The translations under genes and the position numbers were made by a program. 61,382 nucleotides of DNA from Patescibacteria group bacterium (lineage in GTDB: Bacteria; Patescibacteriota; Minisyncoccia; Phycocordibacterales; PALSA-1337). Within the stretch, counting starts at the first letter, position 1; each line of letters opens with the position of its first letter. This document shows, piece after piece, positions 9,266 to 18,053 of this stretch. Below the pieces are notes generated by a model. The model did not search any database. It was not told the DNA's origin and was given only the letters and a program-made list of their open reading frames with translations. The stretch spans positions 1 to 61,382 of the forward strand of contig JAZKBV010000002.1 in assembly GCA_040388415.1 (NCBI GenBank), in the 5' to 3' direction.

Positions 9266-9650
9266 ATTGTAATTTAATAAGTTTGCAATCTCTCTCTGAT
9301 ACTAATAAGTGTGAGAGAAATATGCGTAATAATAATCTTGATAATAACTGTGCACGCTATGTCCATCTGCGTAACAGATGGTCGACGAGCGTACGATCCA
9401 CATCCCTTTTCATCATGTATCGGCACGATAAAAAGAGAGTTTGTGGGTAAACAAAAAGACCCGTAACGAATTCTTTCTTATGGAATTGTCAAAGGCCTGT
9501 TACCCATTATAGCCTGATACGGCTCAATACCGCAATAAAGCGGCAATGTGGATAACTAGACCATATTAGGGCATTTTGCGTCGAAAGTCAACAAAAACGC
9601 CCTACAACAAGAGATGACGCTCCGAAACCGCATTTATTACTGTCTGCCTG

Positions 9651-10418
9651 CTATTTGAGTGAATATCTGCTCCAGCGACGCTCCCCTTCCTTTCTGATGA
9701 TACCCTTTTCGACGAGCTCGAGTAGTTCGCGTTGAATTGTCTTTTCACTGCAGTCTTTGATGACTTTTGAGAAGTCTTTTATGGTGAGGTTACCCTGACC
9801 TTTAAGGACATTGATGATATGCTCTTGTCGCTGGCTTTTCTTCTGTTGAACCATCACCTGTCCTTGAGAAACACCCTTATCCTTTATGCTCTTTACCTGT
9901 CTGTTTTGATTGTCCTTTATGCTTGAATCTTGTCCTATAGAAAATCCTGTGCTAAATAAGTCAGGTGTCTTAAAGAATTGTTCAGAAAGGACATACCCTG
10001 CATTCTCTGCGCTGGTCGTGAGGCGTTCTTTGAGCAGAGTCACTACTTGGTCTATCTCTCGAACCAAGATCTTGTGGTTCATATCTGAAATAAGGTGTGA
10101 TATATGGGCAACATTGAGGAGCGACATCGTCTCAAGCGCTGCAGTGAATATAGACTGGATGACAGCATTCTTGTCGCCAGGCACTGCACTCGATGCGGTA
10201 AAGGACGAACTGAGCAAATCCATGCCCTTATCGCGTAGTTCCCACTTGATCGGCTCTTCGTCTTTGAGGAGGCTAGAAACGAGGTAAAGTGCAGCAGTGA
10301 TTTTCTCTGTCTTTTTGAATATATAGATAAGGTAATCCTCAGCAGAAAAGAAACCGAGCGCCTTCCAATTAAGTGGATCGTTGAATGATGGTGTCTGATT
10401 GTTGTCCTTTTCGTTCAT
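9651..10418 (-). CDS. hypothetical regulator with C-terminal DeoR-like winged HTH
   Basis: 255 aa. C-terminus is IINVLKGQGNLTIKDFSKVIKDCSEKTIQRELLELVEKGIIRKEGERRWSRYSLK. Confidence 0.7.
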   Translation of the reverse strand: MNEKDNNQTPSFNDPLNWKALGFFSAEDYLIYIFKKTEKITAALYLVSSLLKDEEPIKWELRDKGMDLLSSSFTASSAVPGDKNAVIQSIFTAALETMSLLNVAHISHLISDMNHKILVREIDQVVTLLKERLTTSAENAGYVLSEQFFKTPDLFSTGFSIGQDSSIKDNQNRQVKSIKDKGVSQGQVMVQQKKSQRQEHIINVLKGQGNLTIKDFSKVIKDCSEKTIQRELLELVEKGIIRKEGERRWSRYSLK

Positions 10419-10576
10419 ATGATTTTTCTACTGTCCCTAATACGCCCATTATAGGACAAAGAAAGGACAATGCAAGTGGCCTATTTCATGTTGCAAGTCC
10501 TGCACTACGTACAACACAACGAATAGCGCAATATATGATATTATTACTGCATAAACGTAATTAATTTATTCCCTTT

Positions 10577-12886
10577 ATGGCAAAGAAAAAAGACTCCGGA
10601 GACATGATAGAAAAAGCAAAATTTTGGAATGAGATGAAAGAAGAAACCGTCCGAGCAATTTTGGCCATCCTTGCTTTTGTCGTCACCCTCCTTTCACTAC
10701 TCGCTTCGTTCGACAAGGCAGGACCGATCGGACTGTACGGATACCTTTTCTTCACGAGACTTTTTGGCGTGGGCTACTTCCTCATCCCCCTTCTCTCGGC
10801 CATGATCGGCATCGCCCTCCTCCAAGGATTGGAAAAGAAATTCAGAACATCAAAAACGATCGGGGCGATCATCTTCTTCCTTTCAAGTCTTGGCCTCATA
10901 CACATCATCGGCATTAGCGTCGGCGAACCGACTTCACGCCTCGCAGGCATATTTGGACTGTGGGTAGCGATGCCCCTCATCAAGCTCATGGCAGTGTGGG
11001 CAACCTCGATCCTTCTCATCGCGCTCGTTGTCATTTCTATATTCATTCTCTTTGAAATGCACATCACTGCTGAGCAGATGATGTTCTGGAGATGGTTCAA
11101 GAGATCAGAAGACGAAGAAGGTAAAGATGTGAAGAAACAAAAAATAGCTGAGACGGAAATGGACGCAGATGAAGAAGAAAACATAGACGCTGCTCTTGCC
11201 GCAAACGCTCTTGCCGCGGCAGAGATGCAGAAGAATGCAAAAGTGCCTGAAGTAAAGCAAAAGAAACTGGGCAAGAAAGACGATTTCGACGAAGAAGAGG
11301 GTGCATTCAAAGCGACCGCTCAGGCGCCACTCCTCAAGCCATTCACCCCTCCCCCACTCACCCTTCTCGAGAAAGATCGAGGCAAGCCTGAGACTGGTGA
11401 CATCAAAGCAACAGCTAACCTCATCAAACGCACTCTTCAAAACTTCAACATCAGCGTGGAGATGGACGAGATATCGATCGGACCGTCAGTTACCCGTTAT
11501 GCTTTGAAGCCTGCTGAAGGCGTCAAACTTTCACGTATCGTTGCTCTCAATGACAACCTTGCCCTCGCTCTCGCAGCTCATCCTATCCGTATCGAAGCAC
11601 CTATCCCTGGCAAGTCGCTCGTGGGCATGGAAGTACCGAACACCGCAAAGACAACTGTCGGCCTTGCAACACTTCTCGCATCAAATGACTTCCAAGGATC
11701 AGACAAGCCTCTCCTCATCTCGCTCGGCAAAGACATCACCGGCAAGGCTCATTTCGCTAACCTTGCAAAGTCTCCTCACGCCCTCATCGCTGGTGCAACC
11801 GGTTCTGGAAAATCAGTCACTATCCATACGCTCATCACCTCTCTCCTCTACCGCAACTCTCCTGAGAATCTCCGTTTCGTCATGATCGACCCAAAGCGCG
11901 TCGAGTTGACCCTCTATAACAAGATTCCTCACCTCCTCACTCCAGTCATCACCAATCCAAAGCAAGCTATCCTCGCGCTCAAACATATGGGCAAAGAAAT
12001 GGCCCGACGTTATGACGTGCTTGAAAAGAACTCGGTACAGAATATCGACTCATATCACAAGACTGTACTCGCTCCTGCTGTTGAAGCAATGAAGAAAGAG
12101 ACCGATGAACAAACCAAAGAAGAGCTCACTGCAAAGCTTCCAGAATCAATGCCGTATATCGTCATCGTCATCGATGAATTGGCTGATATCATGCAGACCT
12201 ACCCTCGTGAGCTTGAGTCAGCTATCGTTCGTCTCGCTCAAATGAGCCGTGCTGTCGGTATCCACCTCGTCCTCTCGACCCAGCGTCCGAGCGTGAACGT
12301 CATCACCGGTCTCATCAAAGCCAATATCCCAACGCGTATCGCTCTCCAGGTCGCTTCACAAATCGACTCACGCACTATCCTCGACCAACCAGGCGCCGAA
12401 AAGCTCCTTGGCGCTGGCGACATGCTCTACCTCGGCGGTGAAATGTCAAAGCCGATTCGTCTCCAGTCTGCATTTATATCTGAGTCCGAAGTCAAACGTG
12501 TCGTAAAATTCCTCCAAGATGAATACAAAGATGAGATCATGTCTGGCATGGATCTCGGTATCAGTACCGCAGAAAACAACAGCGGGGGTTCAAGTGCAGG
12601 GGGCATGAGCAGCATGGACCTTGATAGCGGATCCCTCGAAGACGATGACGATATGTACGAACCTGCACGCGAAGTAGTTATTGCAACAAACAAAGCTTCG
12701 ACATCATTCCTCCAACGCAAGCTCGGTGTCGGCTATTCACGTGCTGCAAAGCTCATGGACATGCTCGAGGAACGCGGCGTCATCGGTCCAGCCAACGGCT
12801 CGAAAGCCCGCGAAGTCATCGGCGGTGTCGGTGGCGGCATGGAATCAAGCGAGTCACCTGCCCCTGAAGAAGAGCGCGCCTTCTAA
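10577..12886 (+). CDS. ftsK: DNA translocase FtsK/SpoIIIE
   Basis: 769 aa. N-terminal TM helices, acidic linker, Walker A GATGSGKSV, VIVIDELADIM, and a C-terminal gamma wHTH domain (ASTSFLQRKLGVGYSRAAKLMDMLEERGVIGP). Confidence 0.95.
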   Translation: MAKKKDSGDMIEKAKFWNEMKEETVRAILAILAFVVTLLSLLASFDKAGPIGLYGYLFFTRLFGVGYFLIPLLSAMIGIALLQGLEKKFRTSKTIGAIIFFLSSLGLIHIIGISVGEPTSRLAGIFGLWVAMPLIKLMAVWATSILLIALVVISIFILFEMHITAEQMMFWRWFKRSEDEEGKDVKKQKIAETEMDADEEENIDAALAANALAAAEMQKNAKVPEVKQKKLGKKDDFDEEEGAFKATAQAPLLKPFTPPPLTLLEKDRGKPETGDIKATANLIKRTLQNFNISVEMDEISIGPSVTRYALKPAEGVKLSRIVALNDNLALALAAHPIRIEAPIPGKSLVGMEVPNTAKTTVGLATLLASNDFQGSDKPLLISLGKDITGKAHFANLAKSPHALIAGATGSGKSVTIHTLITSLLYRNSPENLRFVMIDPKRVELTLYNKIPHLLTPVITNPKQAILALKHMGKEMARRYDVLEKNSVQNIDSYHKTVLAPAVEAMKKETDEQTKEELTAKLPESMPYIVIVIDELADIMQTYPRELESAIVRLAQMSRAVGIHLVLSTQRPSVNVITGLIKANIPTRIALQVASQIDSRTILDQPGAEKLLGAGDMLYLGGEMSKPIRLQSAFISESEVKRVVKFLQDEYKDEIMSGMDLGISTAENNSGGSSAGGMSSMDLDSGSLEDDDDMYEPAREVVIATNKASTSFLQRKLGVGYSRAAKLMDMLEERGVIGPANGSKAREVIGGVGGGMESSESPAPEEERAF

Positions 12887-12889
12887 TAT

Positions 12890-13255
12890 ATGAATTTGAA
12901 TCGCACAGCTACCCTCCGTCTCATCCGATTGTCTGCTATCACGCTCGTTGCTGTGATCATCATCGTGTACGCTTTTTTCCGTTCACTCAACTATATCCAC
13001 GGACCTGAGATCAATATCTTCCAGCCAATCGACGGCTCCGCTCTCGCCTCTTCGACCGTAACGATCATTGGACAAGCCACTCGAGTCAATTCACTTTCTA
13101 TGAACGGTAAAACTGTGTTCATTGACGAATCTGGCAATTTCAAAGAAACGCTTCTTGTTTTTCCGGGTATGAATATCATCACTTTCACTGCTCACGACCA
13201 GTTTGGCCGTACCAAAACGCGACAGTTACAGCTCGTAGGAACGCTCGAGAAATAA
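12890..13255 (+). CDS. membrane-anchored Ig-like hypothetical protein
   Basis: 121 aa with one TM then a beta-rich domain. The start overlaps the ftsK stop region (taatatATG). Confidence 0.6.
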   Translation: MNLNRTATLRLIRLSAITLVAVIIIVYAFFRSLNYIHGPEINIFQPIDGSALASSTVTIIGQATRVNSLSMNGKTVFIDESGNFKETLLVFPGMNIITFTAHDQFGRTKTRQLQLVGTLEK

Positions 13256-13302
13256 TGGTAAAATATCCGCACTGCCTGAATTATTAGCTAATCAGAACGA
13301 TT

Positions 13303-14388
13303 ATGGCTCTAAACAAAAAAAGTAAAAACGAAAAAAAGAATACGGCGATCGATCGCGAAAGCGATGACAGCGCCGTAGAAAGCGGTCCCCAAAAGAAAGA
13401 TGGCAAACAGACTTCTGGCGGTATAGCAGATGCTCTTGATGCTATCCGCACCAAGTTCGGCGATGAATCTATCATGAAACTCGGTGACAAGCCGAGAGTC
13501 AACGTGAACGCTGTTCCAACAGGTTCCCTCGGCCTCGATGCTGCCCTTGGTATCGGCGGTATGCCTCGTGGACGTATCATCGAGATATTCGGCCCAGAAT
13601 CATCTGGCAAGACTACCCTCGCTCTCCACGTCGTCGCTGAAGCACAAAAGCTCGGTGGTGTCTGTGCATATATCGACGCAGAGCACGCTATGGATCCAGA
13701 GTATGCAAAGAGACTCGGCGTGAAGATCGAGGATCTCCTCATCTCACAACCAGATGCTGGTGAACAAGCTCTCGAGATCGTGGATAGCCTCATCCGCACC
13801 GGCAAAATGGATGTGGTGGTCATCGACTCAGTTGCAGCGCTGACCCCTCGCGCAGAGATCGAAGGAGATATGGGAGCTCACCATGTCGGTGCCCAAGCTC
13901 GTCTCATGTCGCAAGCACTCCGCAAGCTCACGGCTATCGTGGCGAAAAGTAAAACCATCGTCATCTTCATCAACCAGATCCGTATGCAGATTGGCGTCAT
14001 GTTCGGCAATCCTGAGACTACCCCAGGCGGCAAGGCGCTCAAGTTCTATGCGTCAGTACGTCTCGACATCCGTCGCATCGCTCAGATCAAGAAAGGCGAA
14101 GAAATCATGGGTGGTCGCGTCCGTGTGAAGGTCGTCAAGAACAAGGTCGCTGCCCCATTCCGTCAGACTGAGTTCGATCTCATGTACAACGAAGGCATCT
14201 CACAGGAGGGCGAAATCATCGCTCTTGGCGAGAAGTTCGAGCTCTTGAGCAAATCAGGTTCTTCATACTCATATGGAGACGTGAAGCTCGGCCGTGGCTA
14301 TGACGCTACCCGCCAGTTCCTCAAGGAGAACAATGAAGTGAGAGAAGAGATTTTGACGAAGATTAGAGAAAAGTTGAAGGTGGTGTAA
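13303..14388 (+). CDS. recA: recombinase RecA
   Basis: 361 aa with [19 protein letters not shown] and [10 protein letters not shown], colinear with RecA along its length. Confidence 0.97.
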   Translation: MALNKKSKNEKKNTAIDRESDDSAVESGPQKKDGKQTSGGIADALDAIRTKFGDESIMKLGDKPRVNVNAVPTGSLGLDAALGIGGMPRGRIIEIFGPESSGKTTLALHVVAEAQKLGGVCAYIDAEHAMDPEYAKRLGVKIEDLLISQPDAGEQALEIVDSLIRTGKMDVVVIDSVAALTPRAEIEGDMGAHHVGAQARLMSQALRKLTAIVAKSKTIVIFINQIRMQIGVMFGNPETTPGGKALKFYASVRLDIRRIAQIKKGEEIMGGRVRVKVVKNKVAAPFRQTEFDLMYNEGISQEGEIIALGEKFELLSKSGSSYSYGDVKLGRGYDATRQFLKENNEVREEILTKIREKLKVV

Positions 14389-14478
14389 GAAGATAGAAAG
14401 TAAGTTGGAAATTGCTTAGTTAATTAAATAAGAGTCGACACACCTATTCAAATCGTAAGAATGGGTGTGTTTGACTTC

Positions 14479-14506
14479 TTGACAGTGTATATATCGGATA
14501 TATACT
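14479..14506 (+). promoter_or_regulatory. promoter plus palindromic operator of TA operon
   Basis: TTGACA (14479-84), 16 nt spacer, TATACT (14501-06), with the ATG 9 nt downstream. The spacer holds the inverted repeat TATATAT-cgg-ATATATA. Confidence 0.5.
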
Positions 14507-14515
14507 GTTATTAAT

Positions 14516-14752
14516 ATGAAAACTTCAAAAGTATTATTCAATATGGATACTACACTCAAAAAAGAATTGATGGAAAAAACCAAAAAAGAGGGTTGGACAC
14601 TCAGTGCCCTACTCAACTTTATGGGTCGTGAATACTTGGCAGGTAATATAAAGATGGACGCTATTCAACGTGGCATAGAAGCGGGGCGTGACGATTTCAG
14701 AAATGGCAGATACAGAACATTGGAGGAAGTGAAAAAAAGATTAGGTTTGTAA
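14516..14752 (+). CDS. type II antitoxin (RHH/RelB-like, putative)
   Basis: 78 aa, immediately upstream (4-nt gap) of a RelE/ParE-like toxin. Small, with a charged C-terminus. Confidence 0.65.
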   Translation: MKTSKVLFNMDTTLKKELMEKTKKEGWTLSALLNFMGREYLAGNIKMDAIQRGIEAGRDDFRNGRYRTLEEVKKRLGL

Positions 14753-14756
14753 TTCT

Positions 14757-15002
14757 ATGCAAATACATATCTCTAGTACTGCTGAGTTAGAACTCAGTAA
14801 GCTTTCTCAACTTACCCAAAATCGAATCGTCAATAAAATTGAGTTGTATGCACAGCAACCTGATCCCCTTAAATTCGCAAAATATATCGCCCAACGTAAG
14901 TCGTACCGATTTAGAGTCGGAGATTATCGAATATTCTTTGAGCCAAAAGATTCAGTGATACATGTGACTGAAATCGCACGTCGCGACAAAGCGTACGACT
15001 AA
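14757..15002 (+). CDS. type II toxin, RelE/ParE family
   Basis: 81 aa. ...YRFRVGDYRIFFEPKDSVIHVTEIARRDKAY matches the RelE/ParE C-terminal signature. Confidence 0.8.
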   Translation: MQIHISSTAELELSKLSQLTQNRIVNKIELYAQQPDPLKFAKYIAQRKSYRFRVGDYRIFFEPKDSVIHVTEIARRDKAYD

Positions 15003-15025
15003 AAATCTTGGTTCAGTAGCAGATT

Positions 15026-15060
15026 CCCCGCTTTACCGATTGGTAGGCGGGGTTTTGCTT
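15026..15060 (+). terminator. intrinsic terminator of TA operon
   Basis: CCCCGC...GCGGGG stem followed by TTTTGCTT. Confidence 0.75.
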
Positions 15061-15143
15061 TATAAACAGTAAAAAATTACTCTTTTGCCTTTTCTCTACC
15101 AATCAGCTAGACTACCTCTACTTACAAAATAACCTTTATACCT

Positions 15144-15728
15144 ATGAGTCTCCTCGAATACAGCGATATCACCGAAAAGAAATACATCGTCATGGATGGT
15201 CAGCCATACGAAGTCATTACTTCACACGTGTTCCGCAAGCAACAGCGCAAACCAGTCAATGCTACCAAGCTCAAGAACCTCATGACCGGCAAAGTAACCG
15301 AGTACTCTTTCCATGTTTCTGACAAGGTAGAAGAAGCTGAGATCGATAACCGCGAAGTGAAGTATCTCTACAACAGCCGTGGTGAATGGTGGTTCTCAGA
15401 GGTCAATGATCCTTCAAAGCGTTTCAAAGTCACTGAGGAACAAGTTGGTCCACAGGCGCGCTTTGTGAAAACCAATACAGTCGTTACTCAGCTTCTTTTC
15501 CGCGACACTCCTATGGGATTCAAATTCCCTATTACTGTTGAGCTCAAAGTTACCGATGCTCCTCCAGGTATCAAAGGCGACACCGCAACTGGTGGTCAAA
15601 AGGTTATCACTCTTGAAACTGGCGCAACTATCAGTGCCCCTCTCTTCGTCAATGAAGGCGACATCATCAGAATCAATACCGAAACTGGCGAATACAAAGA
15701 AAGAGTCGGTAATGGTTTTTCAAAATAA
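15144..15728 (+). CDS. efp: elongation factor P
   Basis: 194 aa, colinear with EF-P (DGQPYEV...TKLKNLMTGKV...). The tip loop is non-canonical (see findings). Confidence 0.9.
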   Translation: MSLLEYSDITEKKYIVMDGQPYEVITSHVFRKQQRKPVNATKLKNLMTGKVTEYSFHVSDKVEEAEIDNREVKYLYNSRGEWWFSEVNDPSKRFKVTEEQVGPQARFVKTNTVVTQLLFRDTPMGFKFPITVELKVTDAPPGIKGDTATGGQKVITLETGATISAPLFVNEGDIIRINTETGEYKERVGNGFSK

Positions 15729-15808
15729 TTTATAGTTAATAGTGCAAAAATAAAAAATTCCACTACCTTTGTAGCGGAATTTTTTATTTTTGCACCGTAA
15801 ACTCCTAA

Positions 15809-16012
15809 CTAGTTGGCCACATATGGAAGCAAACCGAGGAAACGAGCGCGCTTGATAGCTCCTGCGAGCTGACGCTGATAGGTAGCACTGATACCTGTTC
15901 TCTTGCGAGCGACCATGCGACCGTGTGGATTGATGAACTTCTTCAGGACCTCAGTATCCTTGTAGTCGATGTGCTTGATATTGTGCTGATTGAAATAACA
16001 CTGCTTTTTCAT
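15809..16012 (-). CDS. rpsR: 30S ribosomal protein S18
   Basis: 67 aa with [50 protein letters not shown]. Confidence 0.95.
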   Translation of the reverse strand: MKKQCYFNQHNIKHIDYKDTEVLKKFINPHGRMVARKRTGISATYQRQLAGAIKRARFLGLLPYVAN

Positions 16013-16038
16013 AATGGTAATTTAATTGATGTAATAGT

Positions 16039-16497
16039 TTAAAATGGTATGTCGTCTGGATTGATCTCTTCTGCGGGATAATCTATCTTCTCTCCTGATT
16101 CCCCTGGAGCTGGACTTGTAATCTTTGCTCCTGATGGAGCACTGCCCGTTGGACCAGAATTGCCTCCTGCGCCTGGGCGGTTACCGAACTGGACGGTCTC
16201 AGCGACGATCTCAGTACGATACTTCTTTTCATTGTTCTGCTCCCATGAGCGTGTCTGGAGTCTTCCTTCGACATATGCCTGTGAACCCTTCTTCAAATAC
16301 TGACCGACAAGCTCAGCGACGCGACCGAAGACCACGACATTGTGGAATTCGACTGCTTCCTGACGATTGCCGTCTTTATCTTTGAAGTTGCGGTTCGTAG
16401 CGATTGCGAAAGAACAAACTTTGGTACCTGATGGTAATGCTTTGAGCTCTGGGTCACGAGTGAGATTTCCGATAAGAATGACTTTGTTGAGATACAT
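16039..16497 (-). CDS. ssb: single-stranded DNA-binding protein
   Basis: 152 aa starting MYLNKVILIGNLTRDPEL, with an OB fold, a Gly/Pro-rich tail and a terminal DDIPF. Confidence 0.95.
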   Translation of the reverse strand: MYLNKVILIGNLTRDPELKALPSGTKVCSFAIATNRNFKDKDGNRQEAVEFHNVVVFGRVAELVGQYLKKGSQAYVEGRLQTRSWEQNNEKKYRTEIVAETVQFGNRPGAGGNSGPTGSAPSGAKITSPAPGESGEKIDYPAEEINPDDIPF

Positions 16498-16507
16498 AGT
16501 GGTTTAA

Positions 16508-17011
16508 TTATACCTCCTTAACCATTTCGTCGATACTCTTGTCCATCTCTTCGATAGACGCTGGCGCTACCTCTTTTTTAGGTGCAACAGGCGCTTCTGC
16601 CTTATCATCATCCTTTTTGATGCTGATTTCAGCGGCAATAGCTGGTGCACGCTTGCCGAGATAGGTATTTTCACGAACAGTAGATACGAGGAGCATGCGA
16701 AGAACTGTAGGATGTATTTCTACTGCCTTTTTGATGGTTTCTACCACATCCGACCCGACTTCGAACTTGGTCCAACCAAAGTATGCTTCGTTATACTTCT
16801 CATAGGTTCCACTTACATTCTTCTTGCGCATTTCATAGGCAAGCTTCATGCGATGTGGAGCCTCATCAGCGACAATAGTCGCCTTTGAAGAACTGATAAT
16901 CTTGTTGATAGCCTCTGCTTCAGCAGAAACTTTCTCCTCTGGAATAGAAGAGACAATCAAGTACCCTATCTCGTATACTGACATATTGTCAGTATGTGTT
17001 GATTCACTCAT
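16508..17011 (-). CDS. rpsF: 30S ribosomal protein S6 (with C-terminal extension)
   Basis: S6-like core (VYEIGYLIV...) in the rpsF-ssb-rpsR order. The ATG at 17011 was chosen. The track ORF starts at a TTG at 17038, and the ATG at 16984 (MSVYEIGYL) is an equally plausible start. Confidence 0.8.
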   Translation of the reverse strand: MSESTHTDNMSVYEIGYLIVSSIPEEKVSAEAEAINKIISSSKATIVADEAPHRMKLAYEMRKKNVSGTYEKYNEAYFGWTKFEVGSDVVETIKKAVEIHPTVLRMLLVSTVRENTYLGKRAPAIAAEISIKKDDDKAEAPVAPKKEVAPASIEEMDKSIDEMVKEV

Positions 17012-17187
17012 AGTGTGGTGTAGCCAGTGATCCGACAAGGAATGAACCTTACGGAACCCTTTTTCTGCAGTTTGTTAAGCAAAATCAGGGACTAACTACG
17101 ATTAATTTGTAATGCCATGAGCGTACCACAAAGTGCCCTGCCTCGCAAGAGTATGACTCTGTATGGCCATATTAATGAGGCATATCG

Positions 17188-17196
17188 ATTGTATCA
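17188..17196 (-). promoter_or_regulatory. extended -10 (TGATACAAT) candidate promoter for the rpsF-ssb-rpsR operon
   Basis: Minus-strand TGaTACAAT lies ~170 nt upstream of the rpsF start, implying a long leader. Confidence 0.35.
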
Positions 17197-17266
17197 GAAC
17201 GCTCTCAAGAAACGCTCAAAAAAGTTTCAAGAAATGCTGAAAATTTGATGGGGCACCCTGCACAAT

Positions 17267-18052
17267 TTACAAGCTGAAGAAATTCTTCGCATTTTGAACT
17301 AGTTGATCAGCAATCACCGCTTCATCTTCTCCACGAATGCGCGCAATAGCCTTCACAGTCTCTATGACATACACTGGTTCATTCCTCTTTCCTCTATACG
17401 GCACTGGCGGTACGAATGGACAATCCGTCTCTGACATCATTTGCGCAACAGGAACAAAGCGAAGCAATTCATCATAATCGCTCGTGAAACTGACCACGCC
17501 AGTAAATGAAACTGAGTATCCCCTTTCAATAATATTTTTTAAATCACCAAGCGTACCAGCAAAAAAATGGAAATTCGCGCGTACTTGTGGGTATTTTTTT
17601 AATATGTGTAGCGCATCTTGATAGGCATTACCGACTGAACTAACTGAACCAGCGAGCTTACCGTTGCGAACATGTAACATCAATGGTTTTTCCACTTTTT
17701 GGGCCAATTGAATATGCTTTTCAAAAATCTCCTTTTGGAGAGGTATCTCTTCTGGTTTTGAATGAAAATAATCTAACCCACATTCGCCAATAGCCACAAC
17801 TTTTGGATGTGCGGCCAATCTTTCCAATGCTTCAAAATCAATCGGTTCTTTTGTATCTGTCGGATGCACGCCAACAACTGCCCACATATGTTCATGCGAA
17901 GTTGCCAATTGAAGAGCTGAGGTTGAAGTAGCAACATCGGTACCAACCGTGATCATAGCGACCCCTGCTTTCTGCGCGCGTTCTATAACGGCCCCCCTAT
18001 CTTCATCATAGTTAGGAAAGTTCACATGACCATGGATATCGATGTAGCGCAT
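17267..18052 (-). CDS. tatD: TatD-family metal-dependent hydrolase/DNase
   Basis: 261 aa with YIDIHGH..., GECGLDY and other TatD His/Asp motifs. Start is 1 nt after the metG stop. Confidence 0.9.
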   Translation of the reverse strand: MRYIDIHGHVNFPNYDEDRGAVIERAQKAGVAMITVGTDVATSTSALQLATSHEHMWAVVGVHPTDTKEPIDFEALERLAAHPKVVAIGECGLDYFHSKPEEIPLQKEIFEKHIQLAQKVEKPLMLHVRNGKLAGSVSSVGNAYQDALHILKKYPQVRANFHFFAGTLGDLKNIIERGYSVSFTGVVSFTSDYDELLRFVPVAQMMSETDCPFVPPVPYRGKRNEPVYVIETVKAIARIRGEDEAVIADQLVQNAKNFFSL

Positions 18053-18053
18053 A

